Shown here: positions 61,979 to 64,000 of the stretch, in pieces
How positions within the stretch are numbered: the stretch's first letter is position 1
Layout: every line of letters begins with the position of its first letter
Assembly: GCA_032718475.1 (NCBI GenBank)
Contig: JAUCBJ010008487.1
Coordinates: forward strand, 1-64,000
DNA from: Nemertoderma westbladi
Taxonomy: Eukaryota > Animalia > Xenacoelomorpha
Direction: 5' to 3'
DNA: 64,000 nt
The notes under the pieces: model-generated
What the model saw: the letters and a program-made list of their open reading frames with translations, nothing else
Database searches by the model: none
What the model was told of the DNA's origin: nothing
Position numbers and translations under genes: made by a program

Positions 61979-62299
61979 GCAGCTACATCATATAAATACA
62001 CAGACTTTACAAATAACAGAGAACACAAACAAACCCAAACCCAAACAAACACTATAGATGCAAGAGAAAGCGAAAAAAATACAATGATAAGCCAAATTAT
62101 AGAATGTTGCATAATCTCGCGAAAGGCAAAAGGCAACAAAAGGCAAAAAACATTATCATTCATAGGGGCCTCGTTAACTTCAATCCACTTACAATACGAT
62201 CAACTTATATTAAACAAGTCGGAATACTTTGTTATAAACACTCTCTTGTACAACATTTTGCCTAATGATATTTTCCCAACACTCCTAACCTTGATATCA

Positions 62300-63090
62300 A
62301 ACACACCCATAGCTGCAGTCTCTAACAACTTGCGACAAGCCGTGGAAGTTCAATTGTGGTATGGAATTTCTGGGAATGTGTCGTAAAGTCTCTTTAATTC
62401 CTGTCCAGGGCTAATGAATTGCTTACCTACTGTATTTAGAAAGACATATTTTAGATCATTAGCAATATCTACAGATTTGGGTTGCATTCGAACGATTTTA
62501 GGTCTAATATTTTCAATATAGAATAAAATTTTTCGACATAGAGATCATCTGATAAGCCAAAACGGGCAGGTTGTTGTGTTGCTGTTTTATGGTCAGCAAC
62601 AGCAACAACATGTATACCATCCCCACAGAATTTAGGTTGCCCCCCACGACGAAACTCAGAAAGCTGTAAAGTGCTCACAACCATCGGTCTTTGTACTTCT
62701 AGAACCAAACGGGGGGGGGGGGGGGGGGGGGCATGAGTGACCTCACATCAAGCAACAACAAGACAATAAGACGTAGAGAAGGGCTCACAACAAGAAGGTA
62801 ATCTGTCCTATTTATTTGTTTTTGGCGTAGTAAATTTTGTTTTGCTAATTCAACTTGGTCCTTAACATTACTATCTGTTATAATACGTATAGTTTCCTGT
62901 GGATCTCTATCTACAAACTTTTCATAGTCCTCTATCCTACGTTGTATAATTCTCTTACTTATGAGGTTAGAAATACTCGACTTTTGGAAGGCTTGGTGAG
63001 CATCGAAACAAGCGTTAAATTGGTCCCACAATGAGTCAGGTTTTATTCTAAAGTGGCCTTACTCGTTTATTCTGAACTTCATGTACTTCT
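62300..63090 (-). pseudogene. Tyrosine-recombinase-like remnant (Crypton-like)
   Basis: QRPMVVSTLQLSEF, VVAVADHKTA..PA and TSTACRKLLET in the order expected for the YR catalytic R, K and (H)xxR motifs; the catalytic Tyr region was not found. Confidence 0.55.
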
Positions 63091-63144
63091 TTAAGTTTTT
63101 TAATGGACAATTAATACTCTCTGCAGTCATTCCTAGAGTGCAGG

Positions 63145-63575
63145 TTGCACAAAACAGAGAAGCACTGTGTAAGTATCCAAACACAGCAGGTCTGGATAAA
63201 TTTTCGACACGCCCGAAATAAATATATTTCAGAATGTCGGTTGGCCAAACTTAATTATTTTTCTAAACTATCTGAAAAACTTTACTCCACATCTTTAACA
63301 AGCAAACAATGGTGGGCTCATTGCAAGCGCTTGATGGGTAAACATGTACAGTTCGAAAATCCACCCATTATTTACAAAAATAAAGTTGCAGTGACATCAG
63401 CAGAAAAGGCTGAAGCATTTAATTTATATTTTTGTGAACACTTTAATGTTAATGACGCAAATTTTATACTGCCGTTAACTACAATGCCCGAGCCACTTTT
63501 AACTACAAAGGAATTTTGAGAAGCCGACATTCTAAAAGATATTAAAAATATAAAAGCTGATGGTGCCACCATCAT
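63145..63575 (+). pseudogene. CR1-like LINE ORF2 linker fragment
   Basis: WINFRHARNKY..AKLNYF..SKQWW..EKAEAFNLYF, the typical endonuclease-to-RT linker. Confidence 0.75.
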
Positions 63576-64000
63576 TTTTTACTGATTTCCCTAACGGCAT
63601 CCCACGGCATATTAATAAGTGGGATGAGATGTACGGACTTGTGGACACCATAAGCGAACTGAAGGGTTTAGGATTGGGAGGTAGCAGGACAATGCCTGAA
63701 CATAGTGACGCTGCCTATGTCAGGCATATGACTGATTGCCTTAAGGAATGGCAAACGGTTGTTGCGTCATCTCCTCCCTGCATGCCAGAACTGACAATGG
63801 ACGTACCGAGAGGGATAGGGGGTTGTGAATTGTCTTCACAATTTACCAACATTGGGGAAATTGGCGGGTGGCGCCTTAAGGAAACTTTAAAAACGTTTCT
63901 AACTAAAGGAGAATGTTATGCCCGTGTTCCAAAATTCAACTCTGTCCCTATTACCCGCGATGAACAATTTATACAATCCCGGCTTATAAACTGGACTAAT

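Overview
A eukaryotic (probably invertebrate animal) heterochromatin-like window made almost entirely of nested repeats and transposable elements, with no recognisable intact host gene. Positions 1-5.4 kb hold small non-autonomous elements, including a piggyBac-type MITE in a TTAA site. Positions 5.4-26.3 kb are about 620 copies of a 30-bp satellite, interrupted by a 5'-truncated RTE-type LINE; the giant ORFs here are artefacts of the repeat. Positions 26.3-43.0 kb are a young, unusually complex BEL/Pao LTR retrotransposon. It has direct repeats of at least 1.9 kb that carry a tRNA-like A/B-box cassette, a coiled-coil ORF1 joined to gag-pol by an ATGA overlap, and an accessory triple-CCHC zinc-knuckle gene in the env position behind a splice acceptor. 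Eight dispersed copies of a sense-strand YGYG-tetraloop hairpin sit at its module boundaries. That combination is the best candidate for an undescribed system. Positions 43-64 kb contain a truncated FLYWCH-MULE transposon and a hAT-like transposase pseudogene. The hAT gene is split by a 5'-inverted Penelope element (with a hammerhead remnant), which is itself split by a CMC/EnSpm-like element. The rest is MITEs, a decayed spliced gene, CR1-group LINE remnants and a tyrosine-recombinase remnant. All calls were made by eye from motifs; no database search was run.
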